A stretch of DNA of 64,000 nt from the NCBI RefSeq assembly GCF_006345805.1, contig NC_042998.1, positions 72,106,001-72,170,000 of the forward strand, in the 5' to 3' direction. This document shows, piece after piece, positions 15,681 to 28,845 of this stretch. Under the pieces are notes generated by a model. That model saw nothing but the letters and a program-made list of their open reading frames with translations. It did no database searches and was not told where the DNA came from. A program made the translations under genes and the position numbers. How positions within the stretch are numbered: the first letter of the stretch is position 1; every line of letters starts with the position of its first letter. Source of the DNA: Octopus sinensis (Eukaryota).

Positions 15681-16078
15681 CATACATACATGCATGCATA
15701 CATACATGAACACTCAAACACACAAACATGGACACATATACACATAAATATCGACTACGTATATATATGGATATATGGCTAAAAGTGTAAAGTTGGATTC
15801 AAGATAGATTGCATCATAACTTAGAGATATCTGGAAGCATATATCATACGTAGTGTAAACATGTATACGTAGTCTTCACAAGTAACTTAACACACGCATG
15901 CAGATACATCGAAAAACGAATACGGATTGTACAGAATATGTGCTGTTGATGGGTATACAAGTTCTAGATAATATAACCATATATATACTTGCATGATATA
16001 TGAAGTGATATAGTAGAGAAATATTGGTTAATATATAACACTGGAAATACATGTATACATGTGTATATGTATGTTTAT

Positions 16079-16140
<62 letters not shown>
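13807..16140. repeat. Zone of long (TA)n, (TG)n and (CATA)n microsatellites
   Basis: Tracts at ~13807-14060, 14830-14912, 15437-15700 and 16080-16140. Confidence 0.9.
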
Positions 16141-16142
<2 letters not shown>

Positions 16143-16299
16143 AAATACATGCAAGGGCACTCTCTTACACATACATTTTTATATACAAACGCACACGCAA
16201 GTACATATGTATTACATACGTGTGTGTGTGTATGTGTGAGTGCGTTAGCAATCCCGCTAAGCTAAAGAAAAATATCGTTTCAACGCGACATTTCAACAG

Positions 16300-16690
16300 C
16301 TGAAGTTGAAAAAGTTTAAAATCTTAGCCCTGGAATATTGGCGGGAAAGATGTAGTGATATACATCTGGAAGGGCTTGTCCCAAACTTTGGTATTGAAAG
16401 ATAGACAAACTGCAAGACGGGCAACCACTGCAGAGTGTCAAATTTCTCAAAATTGCCATCAGGATACAGAACCAGACGTGAAACAACTTGGTTTTCAAGG
16501 GCCCACAGCTCTTCAGTAACCTCTCAAAATTCCTGAGAGACGTACATCGAGTGATTGTTGGTGTTTTCAAAACAAAACTGGACCTCTTCTTGTTAAGAGT
16601 ACCGGATCAACTTACTTCGCGGCAAGAAACACAAACGAGGTTAGCAACATAACACTCTGTCATTCACCGAATGTCACATATCAGAGGAGG
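16300..16690 (+). mobile_element. CR1/L2-like LINE 3' end fragment
   Basis: Broken frame ...EGLVPNFGIE...GPQLF...KTKLDLFL..VPD, typical of CR1-clade ORF2 C-termini. Confidence 0.7.
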
Positions 16691-16801
16691 TTTCATGAAT
16701 GTGCAGCAAAGCAAAAGCCGCAACTCTGGAGCTCAAACTAATGAATGAATATTAGAGTAAAAGGATATATACATATATGGGTATCTGTGTGTGTTTGTAT
16801 G

Positions 16802-16845
<44 letters not shown>

Positions 16846-16846
<1 letters not shown>

Positions 16847-17357
16847 TAGCAGTATCGCACGGCGTTGCTCGGGTTTGTAAGGGAAATAACTATATAAGCA
16901 TTTTTAGAGAGTTACTTCCTTTATAGATGCCAATTCGGGCTTTCTTAGCCATTTCTGTTTTGGTGTCTTCAAGCCATGAAGTCGTTGCTCTAAAAGAACG
17001 CTGGTCTCCTTGACAACGCATTACGACGTTGATTTCCTTAAACTCCCTCCCCACAGCTTCACGAGGGAGGGAAGAAGGGGAGAAGCAAACAGGTGCAGGT
17101 GTTTGAGCGTGGACGCCAACTCCGCCGCCATCGACACACGAAAAATTATGCATTAAAATGGAATAAAAAATTATGTTAAATTATTTTAAAATCGTAGACT
17201 CATCGTAGACGCGCGCTAATAGGCAGACGGGCTCGATATTAATCACGACTATAAGATACCCGAATTTTGTTAAACTGCACCGCAAAATGTGGGAGGAGTT
17301 AGGAATCTAAATCGTAGGAGACAGACACTCATACAACTACTGTTTTATATATATAGA
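16846..17357 (-). mobile_element. Non-autonomous Helitron
   Basis: On the minus strand it starts TC and ends CTAG, sits between A and T, and has a subterminal GC-rich hairpin-like motif. Homologous to 46244-46635. Confidence 0.75.
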
Positions 17358-17369
17358 TATATATAGGGA

Positions 17370-17807
17370 GAATTCACAAAAAAAAATTACAAACGACGAA
17401 GACAGGTGGTGTAGAAAACATACAGATGTATTAGTATAACGCTCGGGAAGTGGAAAAGTCTTTAACGTTTCGAGCTTACGCTCTTCCACAGAAAGGAACA
17501 CAGAAAGTAACAAGGAGAGGAAACAAAGAATGTGTAGTGGCTAGCGATCTATCATGGCGAGGGCTCGACAGAAGGGTCACACTGGAGAGCTAGGGAGTAG
17601 AAGAGATGACAAAGTGGTGGTGATCCCAAAACGAAGGTTCGCGTGCATGTGTATAAGCGAACTTGTATGTGTTTGTAGAAGAGGGCTGGTGATCTTCACG
17701 TGTGTGTGTGTATGTGTAGGTGTGAACATGTGGGCCTGGGAAGTGGTCAGTGCTGAAGTGTGCGTAGTCGTGTGTTGTGATATGATCTGTTGTGTGGCAT
17801 GGTGGTG

Positions 17808-17810
<3 letters not shown>
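17370..17810 (-). mobile_element. Penelope-like pLTR/3' region remnant
   Basis: Contains a minimal hammerhead-like motif at 17460-17495. The family assignment rests mainly on that motif. Confidence 0.4.
17460..17495 (-). ncRNA. Minimal hammerhead-like motif with variant core (CUGUGGA)
   Basis: Minus strand reads CTTT-CTGTGGA-A-GAGC gtaa GCTC-GAAA-CG-TT-AAAG. Stems I and II pair and stem III is palindromic (AACGTT), but the core deviates from CUGANGA. Confidence 0.4.
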
Positions 17811-17843
<33 letters not shown>

Positions 17844-17866
17844 ATATAATATATATATATATATTA

Positions 17867-17902
<36 letters not shown>

Positions 17903-20659
17903 CATATATATATACACATATATTTGCGTATAAATATTACATATATACACATAATATTAGGCGCAGCCCCAGCCTGGCCACAATCTAATGACTCGAACAA
18001 GCAAAATATGTAGGAACGATAACAGATAAGTGAATGCATTTTTTTAATATTCAAGATATCTCAAAACTTCCATTATTCAGATGTCACTTTTCTCTCATAT
18101 AATGCAAAATGATCTATGTGTAGGGTGTGTGTGTGTTTGTTTGTGTGTCTCTTTCCATGAGTATGTGCACTTGCTTCTTTCTATCTCGATATGCATTGTG
18201 TCTAATGTTACCCATAAAAGCAACTAACGTTATATACAAGAAACGTTGCATTTTATTCTTAGTGATCCGTGAAATTTGTTTCTGCCCTGACCTAACCCAT
18301 CACTTTCTGCAATCTAGAAAACTACAAAAGCCTTCGTTCATTCGAAAACAATTACGTTAAACTCTTTTCCCAGGATAATTTTGCACTCAATTTTCTTTGC
18401 AAAAGTAGATGTTTGCGATCACGTAGAATCGATTCTTCTCTTGAAACATTGCTTTTGAAATATTTTAGTCGAAACTCGATTACATTGTGACTTTTTCTCC
18501 TGTCTTTCATAATATCCGCTCTACCTCCCACGTATCAGCCACTGATTCACGCTACTCCGTCGCTAAAGTACCGTCATGCATGGCACCGCCTGCAAATTAT
18601 CTCAACTCCCAATACCCATATGTTATTTATTGTGAAAATAAACCACTTTTGTTGCTCACATACTATTTCCAATTTGCACATATGTTATGCATATATGTAC
18701 AAGCAAATACAAGGATTATTATGTATGCACGCACAAACATACAGATATATGCTTACATGTACATGCAAAAACAACAATCTTGTACTCAGTATTTAAATGG
18801 GCATGTCATGTTGCACCATCCAATAGCTACATACCTGCATACACATACACAGACATAGGCAATTCAACACTCAAATAGTTCCGGTAATCATTATCACTCT
18901 ACTCTATACTTAATATGTCGTGCCTGGCATACAAACGCATGGGTATATAAAATTTAAGTACTCAATTATTGACAATAAGAGATTCCCAACAAATCAGCCA
19001 ATTTAAAATTACTTAAAATTGCCCCCTCCTCTTGTCACTTTTGTATTTCATAATCACTTCTTTTTCTCCTTTGCTGCAGTGTATTATTGTAATTATTAAC
19101 AAGTCAAGAACATCAGAACTGTCATACATGAACGCAAGCTATATTTCTGAGCACTGACTGATCATATCAGCTTCAAGAAAACAGAGCTATTGTCATTTCA
19201 TATGCCGTTTCTTATCATGTTTAGTGTTTAATAATCTTAATAAACATAGTTTACAAGCTGAAGCAATGTGAGTCTACTAATGTTGCCTTACTTTTGATAA
19301 TTCAGGGAAAGCAATATTGCATCCATTGATTTCAGCAACAAAGTTTGGCGAAGTTGCTCGCTTGAATCACTACCCTTATGCTCCATTCCTATATGGCAGC
19401 AGACTAATTTACTGCATTCATTCGTTAATATAAATAAAAACCCTCTAATCTTCTAGTTCACCTGATAAAATAAAGCAACAGTCTGAAGAGTTAAAAATAC
19501 AACACAAAATACACATTTATCATGCCTGAGGGTTCTTTCGTCATGGATTTTCTGAACATGTACTGATTGACACCTAACAACCAATGTCAACTCATACTTT
19601 ATATGGTGTGTGGGAGATTAAAATAAAATAAGAAAGAAATATTGTGTGCATTTTAGTCATCGGATGAATGATACATCATGCATTCTATTTAAAGAGGTGC
19701 ATCAATATTTGCATAAACCAACTTTATTCCCTGCCTACATTACCTTCTTAATCATTTTCCCTCGTAAACATACATAGTGCAAAGAAGATTATGCACAATC
19801 CCTTTTATGATAAGCTTTGCACCTTGGGTTTTATCACTACACATCCTAAAAGTTTTTTTTTCTTTTCTTTTCAAACTCCTAAAATATATCTACGAATGCC
19901 TCTTTCAGAAGCCTCAAAACTGCAGTTCAGTTTAGAGTATGTGGATGGGTTATTTGCATAGCAACTATAAAGTTCTACGTTCAGTCATACTCAGTAGTCC
20001 CTGGGACAAATATGTATACCTGAACGTTGAATCGACCATTTAAAATCAAATTTCGTAGTCTTGCATGGCGAGCAGGCTTAGCGCGTAACCTAATTGTTCC
20101 TTTTTCATTATACCGCTCTCGCAGTTGTAGGAAAATGTTTTCAGAAAATAAGTCTAATTGAATATTAGCTATATTATAATAATAATAGGTGTTATGTCTT
20201 CTTTTCTAAGCTTCATTACGAAAACAACGAAAGGCCTTCCTATCATGTAGGGATATCCTAAACACAACAACATAACGCCGCAATTAATCCTTTCTAAAAA
20301 AAGAAGAAAATGAAATAAGAAGTCATTTCTTTCTCGGAAATAATTTTTGTTTGATAAATATCAATCAAGAGCAGACAATTATACCGTCAACAAAATAACA
20401 TGTATGTTGTAAACTGGAATACCTGAAATTGAGAGTATCTCGCAAGTTTAACACGTTTGCTATCTAAAGTGTATAATCATTCATATATATTGAACTTTCA
20501 CACATACTGGGAATTGATTTTCTAGAATAACATGATACGCGCATCAAAACAAAGTGAACATTTATAAGACTTATAACTAGAATTAGTCTTTAAGTAAATG
20601 CTCACAAATTGAAAGACTTTGAAGTAAAACAGATTCGTGAGTTTTTTCTTAGTTTGACA

Positions 20660-20870
20660 GGTATAATAACTCAGTGAAGAATATATACCACACAAATGCA
20701 ACGGATATCTGCAAAATGTGTGGGAAAAGGGCCAAAAATGTGACTCACATTTTTAATACTTATAAAGAAAATATCGTCATCCACAATGAGACATGCTTAA
20801 CTGCTTATGGTCAAACCACTGACAAGCAAATTTGTGGTTTTGAGCAGAATATTTGCTATCATAACAAGAC
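20660..20870 (+). mobile_element. Dong/R4-type LINE zinc-knuckle fragment
   Basis: ORF 20674-20901 contains CKMCGK...VTHI, resembling the CCHC region of R4-clade ORFs. Confidence 0.5.
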
Positions 20871-20899
20871 TATTATTCTTATTATTATTGCTTTTGCAT

Positions 20900-21810
20900 A
20901 GCCCCTAAGGCTGGAGATGTGATACGGTTTCAGCTGTTCACTACCAGTGAACTAAGGTAACATCACTTATTTTTCGAGTACCTTCCGGAGTATTCAAGCA
21001 GTTCCAAGCAGTCTTGTTTTCTACAAGTGCTCTACGCTTATTACAGCACCTATTTGTTCCATGTAATTATCGAAATTTTTACTCACTGTTCCCAGGGCTC
21101 CGACAATTATTGCTGCTGCTACCACCTTTTTCATCGATCACAACTGCTTAACCTCACAAGCTAACCTGTCATATCTAATGACATTTCTTTCTTCCTTATC
21201 GCATAACTTGTTGTCAGCTGGGCATGCTACATATATCATCCAGCATAGTTTGTTTTCTTTCTAAATTAAGACTATGTCTGGTTTCCTATTCTCTATCTCA
21301 TGGTCGCACTGAATGATAAAATTCATTATCATTCCCTATGATGCCTTCGGGTTTATACTCGTACCAACGTTTTAATCTGTCATACCCATACTTGTTGCAG
21401 TCTGGCTATATTGCCGTGGCCTCTCTTATATTTCTTATGGGCTAGTGGCGTACATTGGCTGGTAATATGCCATACGGTTTCATCATTTTGTCAAATATTC
21501 AGCACTTCTCACTCTCTGATGTGTTCTCTATTCTCTATTTTATGTAATTTGTTCTTAGTGCTTGAACGTAGGCGGCAGCACAGATTAGAGCTTCCATTTC
21601 CGGTTTTCAATCGCTCTTAATCATCCACATCCATCTTTTTCTCTGTCTGTCTTATCCTCATCATCTCTATGAAATTGACCATGCATTCTTTTCTTTACCT
21701 TAATTTTTTCAGTTCCATTCGTTTTCAATTGCTTGTACAGTGCTTTATGTTTGCAATCTTCCATCCTACACATGCCTGGACTTCTTACTTCTAAAAATAG
21801 CATTATAGAC
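20900..21810 (-). mobile_element. Dong/R4-type LINE 3' fragment (RLE domain)
   Basis: Minus frames give KKRMHGQFHR and IIVGALGTVSKNF...LLGTA*ILRKVLE. Flanked by TTA repeats. Confidence 0.8.
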
Positions 21811-21924
21811 CGATATCCTCTTTGCCACTTATGTGACCACTTATGTGAATTAATTGACTCACAGAGTCAATATATGGACATCTGGAAAAATGAAGTCCTG
21901 CCACATGAACTGAAAGGTTGTGAC

Positions 21925-21932
21925 AGTTTTGC

Positions 21933-21993
<61 letters not shown>

Positions 21994-22013
21994 TGATAAT
22001 AATAATAATAATG

Positions 22014-22095
<82 letters not shown>

Positions 22096-22097
22096 TA
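21925..22097. repeat. (AAT)n followed by (ATT)n microsatellite
   Basis: Read directly from the sequence; switch at ~22030. Confidence 0.95.
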
Positions 22098-22199
22098 TGC
22101 TTGACCTTTGCTTTACATTTTTACTAGTTGGATCTAAGTCTCACCCAGATACCTCAAGAGACAACAAGCTGGAAGTTCATGTTGACGTTATGCCTAGGA

Positions 22200-22530
22200 T
22201 GGCATATATTTGGTTTTGTACACTAGGTAAATGAATCACAATCATATTTGCGCAACATTGTAATCTCATATCAAAATGTACTGCGCACGAACTTGCAGGT
22301 GGGGGTCCAGTTAGAATTTTTGTTGCGTCGAGTAACCAATCCCGCTCAAAAGATCCCTGAATAAGGGTTGTTTAAAGATGTTGAACGAAAAACCCATATT
22401 GCCAAACGTCAATTATTCAAACCCGAAAGAATCTCTCTCAACATATGGCTATGATGCTCCCCAATACTTCTGCCTCTGATCAGAAATGCACATATCGTCG
22501 GCCACTAAGGGACATGTTCAACTGGATAAG
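22200..22530 (-). mobile_element. Non-coding dispersed repeat core (family shared with 48480-48697 and 50450-50870)
   Basis: The reverse complement aligns by eye to 50505-50790 (AAACAACCCTTATTCAGGGA, AAAATTCTAACTGG, CCCCACCTGCAA). Confidence 0.75.
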
Positions 22531-22662
22531 CAAATCTGGGGTATTAAGCAGAATATTTGCTGTATCCCATCTTTTATAACAAGACAAAACAATGTACATG
22601 ATAATACTTCCAATCACTTAAGATCAGAAGCCATGAGAGACACTGCCTGGTACTGTATTTCA

Positions 22663-22787
22663 TCTTCTTCTTCTTCTTCTTCTTCTTCTTCTTCTTCTCT
22701 TCTTCTTCTTCTTCTTCTTCTTCTTCTTCTTCTTCTTCTTCTTCTTCTTCTTCTTCTTCTCTTCTTCTTCTTCTCTTCTTCTTCTTC

Positions 22788-22855
<68 letters not shown>

Positions 22856-23026
22856 TAGTTTTATTTTTATAACGTGCTTTCACTTGGTATGTGCTGTGAT
22901 TTGTTGTGATGCTCTTATGGCTACTGTATTGAAAGTGTTATCATTATTATTATTATTATTATCATTATTATTATTATCATCATTATTATTATTATTATTA
23001 TTATTATATTATTATTATTATTATTA

Positions 23027-23059
<33 letters not shown>

Positions 23060-23060
23060 C
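22663..23060. repeat. (CTT)n/(TAT)n microsatellites with an ~85-bp Dong/R4 3' tip at 22853-22938
   Basis: The insert GTAGTTTTATTTTTATAACGTGCTTTCACTT...GAAAGTG matches the 3' end of the 49081 element. Confidence 0.85.
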
Positions 23061-23064
23061 TCTC

Positions 23065-23420
23065 GTTGATACGGTGTATACTTTCAGTGCTGATATCAGA
23101 ATGGAGTTCGGACTGAGAAAGCGAGGTGTGTTAGTTTGAAGGCAAAATCAAATGTTGCGTCGATATCTTTGGGTGAGGTTATGAAGCAGAGAGAAGAGAC
23201 GGGGTATAAGTACTTGGGGATTGTGGATATGGAGTACTTCCACAGACTGAGAACGATCCTTAAATTGAAATTAAACAGACGGAATAAGATTGAAGCTATC
23301 AACACCTGGGCAGTTTCACTTCTTAGATATGGAACAGGGGTAATCGCATGGGCAGTAGACGAAGTAAACATCCTCGACAGGAAGAAAAGGAAGTTGCTGA
23401 AAAGATATTGGATACGCCAC
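23065..23420 (+). mobile_element. Dong/R4-type LINE RT C-terminal fragment
   Basis: ORF 23136-23426: GYKYLGI...RLRTILKLKLNRRNKIEAINTWAVSLLRYGTG...LDRKKRKLL. Confidence 0.85.
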
Positions 23421-26148
23421 CCATAAAGCATGCACCACAGAATACAGATTATAAAGTAAAATAAAAAATATATACAATGCCCTATGCTGACAACCGTTTC
23501 AAGATGGCTATAACTTACGCAGTAACTATTCTCATGAGTAACGTGTACCTTATTACATAGGATCATGTCCAAAGAGAAGTCCAAATGAAATTGTTAAAGT
23601 AATCTAGGACTGCTTTTGAAGAGTAGAATAGCAAATGCGAATTGTCTAGAGGTGCTTATTAATATAAAGTTTTAAAGAGAATAGATGGGGACAGGCATTG
23701 GAAGAAGCGGATAGAAATATTGAATGAGTGGTGGTAGTTTATAGTCGAAACGAACGAGACGGGTGGAAATGATTAATGAGAGTAAGGTATTTAAGAGTGG
23801 AAACGAACGAAGAATTTGCTTATCAAAGATAAGTATAAGGAAGAACTGTTTATGAAAAAAAATAAAGATAAAAGAGATGAAATTAAGGGTTGTTTCAAGA
23901 AACAGTGCTGACATTACATCGTGCGTGGCCAAATGGGAGGGCAAATCAGCCATGTTCAAGCAATAAAGTGGATACGAATATCAGAGGCAATAGACATAAT
24001 GCATTTTAATGAAGCATTGAAATGTATTAAAATGTTGAGTCGATCGGTAAAAATAGTTTTTCTTTTCTTGTACTCAAAACTTGTAAAAACCCTATCATTT
24101 CAGCATCGGCACACACTCAACTCTAGTTGAGAAAATCGATAAACATCATATTCTTTTATAAGCTTCTGCCATAACATTATATCAAATCCTTTTTTTTTAA
24201 TGTCATGCAATGCTATCGACAATCAGATGAAGATTTTATTGAATTTGTTCCATAAGCCTGAACCATATCTCTGTTCATTGCGAGAGCGACCACAAAATTA
24301 ATTTATCAGGCACTTTGATTCACTTAATTATATTTGAGTTTCACTTCACCCATCATAGCAATGTGGGTATAATTTTTTCATTCAATCTGAATTTGAATTT
24401 ACATGCCATGTTTCTCTGAGGCGAATATAACAATAGTTTGAATGATTTTATAACTAGGCGTTCAACCTTTAGACATAGAAGTATGTAAAACACACCTGAA
24501 GCGCGTGGAAGTAATTTTGGGTATAAACCAGATCAAACTGCGTATTGGGCCTTACAGAACTTTATCAAATAGAAATTGAATTACAGGATATTTTATGTAG
24601 ATTTTTGTTAATTAGCTGACAGTTTATGAGTCACATTCCACTTAAATTTCACTTCTGGCATAAGAAATTTTCTTCATTCAAATATCGCACTGGTGTGTTT
24701 ATCATGACAGATAATGTTGAATTGCCAGCTGATTCAGACTTAGTATAGAATATATATAGAATACCTGTAAGAAATTGCATTCAAAGTAAGTTGTCAATTG
24801 TAACAAAAAATCAGCGTTAATAGTCTCAAAACACGTTGTCACCTGACTCGCCAGTATATGAATAACTCATGCGATATAGCCAAACATATATACAAGTAGA
24901 AATGTTAGACACGTTATCTTCTATCTTTCACCTTTTACTTGTTTCAGTCATTAGACTGCGGTCATTCACCGTCTGGAAGGTTTGTTTAGTCAAATGGGTC
25001 GGCTACAATACTTATGTATGTTTTATCAGCATTTGTTCGAATATCAAAGTCAAGATCTCGTTGTTCTGGGCTTAACACTGACACTATATTTTATGCCTTA
25101 AACCGGTAAAACTTTATATTTCATTTTGTTTTGATTACTGCAGTAAAGGTTAAATTACTTTCTGTCGTTTCCCACTTCACTAACCATTCAAAATGTAGGA
25201 GATTTCGTATAATCACCATTGTTGATAGCAAGCTATCTTCTTAAAAGAGACATAATGTATTGTAGGCCTGGTTTCACTTCATAGGGAAATAACTCTGATC
25301 ATAGAAGGCTTCGACCAATCTAACACGACCAATCCTATGTTTGAAAGTAATATTTATCAGGCACGTTTCTACCCCGGGTATTTAATTATTAATCCGTTCT
25401 AATTTTAGATAGCATTAGTCCTCTAGATAATGCTTTCTATATATTAGTTTATGGTAATGTTACTTATGATAAATTGTCGAACCGGTGTTGTGAATGTGAA
25501 GCCGTGTGTGTTTACAAAACCCCATTGTCTCTCATTTTGAAAAGATTTACTAAGAGACTTTTAAATTAATTATGTTCTGTTTGGTAAGTGGGTTTTGCTT
25601 TCTGTTTGATTTGAAAATCTTCTAACACAGTTAAACAAACAGCGTATATATATATTGCAAATGTTCTTTCATTTGTCTTACCAATCATCACGTATTTTTT
25701 GTTTATTTTGGTTTACTTTAAACTAAAGACCTTGAATATATAAGCGGCATAAACTGCACGCTCAGCATTAAGAGCAACGTGTATATTATGATTCAAGCAA
25801 GATTTGAAAATTTTCACTATATTTGCTTTCAGTGACTATTTGTATGATTAATGATGTCATTCCTAGTGTCTGAAACGGTCTGCTTCATTCCTGCTGATGT
25901 GCGTTTACTCTGCGCCAGAGTGTTGAGTAAGTACATAGTTTACTGGAAGTAACATACTCAATCCATAGTATGTTACATGATTACCATCCGGGAATATAGG
26001 TGTTAGTGATCTTTGTAAAAATATGATTTAGAATTCAATATAAATATAGACCTTATTTTGTAATACATAGTTTATCAGATACTGCTTTGGTAGGTTTTAT
26101 CTTAAAAAATTTAGGGAAAATATATTCCATTTCATCATTAGTGAGATG

Positions 26149-26356
26149 AAGGTGGCGAGCTGTTAGAATCGTTAGCAGGCCGGGCAAATGTTTAGCGGCA
26201 TTTCATCCATCTTTACTTCAAATTCCGCTGAGGTCGACTTCATTTTTTATCCTTTCGCAGTCGATAAAACAATTACCAGTTGAGTACTGCGGTCGATGTA
26301 ATCGACTACTCCACTCTCCCTAAATTACTGGCATTGTGTCAAAATATGAAACCATT
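26149..26356 (+). mobile_element. Family-A SINE (older copy)
   Basis: GGTGGCGAGCTGTTAGAATCGTTAGCA head plus body motifs. Confidence 0.8.
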
Positions 26357-26734
26357 ATAAGTGAGATCGTTGTGTTGTCATATATTCTCAATAAACGGAA
26401 AGCGAGAATATTATTGATATTTACTTTCACATAGTTAATGCGGTTCTCTGGACACTTTCTAAGTACTCTATGTAATGTACATGATATAAAATATTACAAT
26501 CGAAATGCTCTCTTTCCATAAAGGAATCTGACTCCTTCGCTATATATGAGTTCAAATAAATAATTTTGGCTCAGATTCATTCGTAAATAACACTGGGTAA
26601 AGCTATTGTGTTGCTATTTGGCTAAATACTCAACAATATTATATACATTTCAATGCTACATTAACAGTTTCTCCAAGTGTCAGGAATCTCGTCTTCCGCA
26701 TTCCCTAAAACAGTTACCATATATTTTATTGATT

Positions 26735-26942
26735 TTAAATTTTGACACAAGGGCAGTAATTTTGGTGGAGGGCCTCAGTCGATGACGTCAACACTACTTT
26801 TTAACTAATACTTATTTTATCGACTGCAAAAGGATGAATGCTAATGTCGATCTCCGTGGAATTGTAATTCAGAACATGAAGCGAATGCTATGCCGTTAAG
26901 CATTTCGCCCAGCGTACTAACGATTCTACCGGCTCTTTGCAT
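26735..26942 (-). mobile_element. Family-A SINE (older copy, inverted)
   Basis: The reverse complement carries the GGTAGAATCGTTAGTACGCTGGGCGAAATGCTTAAC head. Confidence 0.75.
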
Positions 26943-27489
26943 TGACCATATATTTTGTTGCCATCCGTTTCTATAGATGTTTTCTACAGGCTTGGCTCTT
27001 CTACATCTACATGAAACCAATTTTGGGTAGATGACAACAGCTATACCCTACTCTCATTTATGATATAATCTCCAACAGAAATATCTGAAAAGTTCTATCT
27101 GTTATTCCCCTAAGAGTTGGATACAGCATACTCAGGAATACTTTTCGTTTCGACGCATCCCATTAATGAATTTCTCTGTAGTTTTATTTTATAGAAGATG
27201 AGAAAAATCATTCTTTACAATAGTAGTATTTAAACACCGAACGTAAAATGCATTAACTAGTATGACAGTTGATCTGGAGATCTACCAATTCTAACAAATT
27301 ATTGTCCCTTTGAAATATTAATCTCCGTTGCTAATAAACTACAATTATTTTTTTAAATGCAGAGAATATATTTACTTGATATCAATACATTACAGTTATT
27401 TCACCAAATATCGAATTTATAAGACACGTCAGTATTATGGAATGGAACTCCATTTCATTGCATCTACTGAATCTTTTCTGCATAGTTCT

Positions 27490-27790
27490 AAAGAACAATC
27501 TAGCATTCCATCGGTTGTGACGACGAGGGTTCCAGTTGACCCTATCAACGAAAGAGCTTGCTTGTGAAATTGAAGTGCAAGTGACTGAGCACTCCACTGA
27601 CAAATGTACCATTAACGTGGTTCTCAGCGAGATTCAGTGTGGCACAGAATGATGCAAGACTCGTCATTTAAACTACAGGTACAACTCATTTTTGCCAGAT
27701 GAGTGGCATGAAAGCCCTTACCGCCACAAGTCACATACATGACCATCAAGCCCTGAGCAGAATACCCTAAACACTAAGCTACACGCTTTT
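27490..27790 (-). mobile_element. tRNA-derived SINE, family-B related
   Basis: Minus strand starts GCGTGTAGCTTAGTGTTTAGGG (A-box-like) and has CTGGCAAAAATGAGT, shared with 29114. Confidence 0.6.
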
Positions 27791-28714
27791 ACTCTGCTTA
27801 GTTATAAAATGCATTTATAACAGAAACGACTGAGTTGTCGATCCAATAATTGCAACTACAGAATTTGTTTTTCGTCTGAACATGCAAATTCATTGATATT
27901 ACATAAATGAAAGACAAACATACAGAGTGTGGAGTGTGTTTCACATTTTGTTTTGTATTAATATATATTGAAATTTCACATTATATTGATATAGAGATAT
28001 CATCAATTTTGATAAATGATATGATATTCAACGTCTTCACGGAATTCTAAAAAGGTCGTTTACAGTATGCTACAACAGCAGATAAATATGTGTAATAGAT
28101 TATGACGACGCTGATAATTTATTTGACAAAAGAATTGAATTGATCTCGCTAGCTACAAAAAGTAGACACATATTTCTTCCAAAATATATTTTGAAAACAC
28201 ATAAATTCGAGCACATCTCGTGATAACTTCAATTTGCCAGCGCTATTTTGAAATGGAAGTAGATACTTCAAAAGGTACGCACATGTAATATACAATATTC
28301 CGTTATATTTTCTTTTATGATTTAAAGTTGATGCTAAAACTGGGACAATGCAGTTAGCGTTAATATCAATATATATATATATATATACGCAGGTGCTTGA
28401 GAATTGAAATATGCAAATTGCATTTATAAGAAAAAAGAAAATTTTCTTCTCACAGATACTCGAAATTGGCAGCGAAATAGCAGGTAGGATATTTCAAGTG
28501 CGTTTAATTTATAATGAAAACGCACAGATTCAAACATAAAAACTCACACTTCTATACATATCTATTTACACATATACATGCAGAAATTCATCATATATAT
28601 ATATATATATATATATAAATATAATATTATTAGAGACAAAACCACTATTTTGCAAAACAAACAAAGAAAGACTTAATCAATACATAAAATTTTAATAAAT
28701 AGTCAAAAAAACCG

Positions 28715-28757
28715 CCACTACAATTGTTTCTTGTCTTGATCGACAATCTTCAGGTGG
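28715..28757 (-). ncRNA. Minimal type I hammerhead ribozyme (left arm)
   Basis: Exact reverse complement of 28803-28845. Confidence 0.8.
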
Positions 28758-28802
28758 ACTTCCAATAAGTCAGTTTCAATTTGAAACTGACTTATTGGAA
28801 GT

Positions 28803-28845
28803 CCACCTGAAGATTGTCGATCAAGACAAGAAACAATTGTAGTGG
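28803..28845 (+). ncRNA. Minimal type I hammerhead ribozyme (right arm)
   Basis: CCAC-CTGAAGA-TTGTC gatcaa GACAA-GAAA-CAATTG-TA^GTGG. Stem I CCAC/GTGG, 5-bp stem II, palindromic stem III ACAATTGT, GUA site after 28841. Confidence 0.8.

Noticed and set aside
25266-25346. AG…GT-bounded open segment as a possible host exon (similar case near 56018-56085)
   Set aside because: No recognisable protein similarity or partner exons; such segments are expected by chance.
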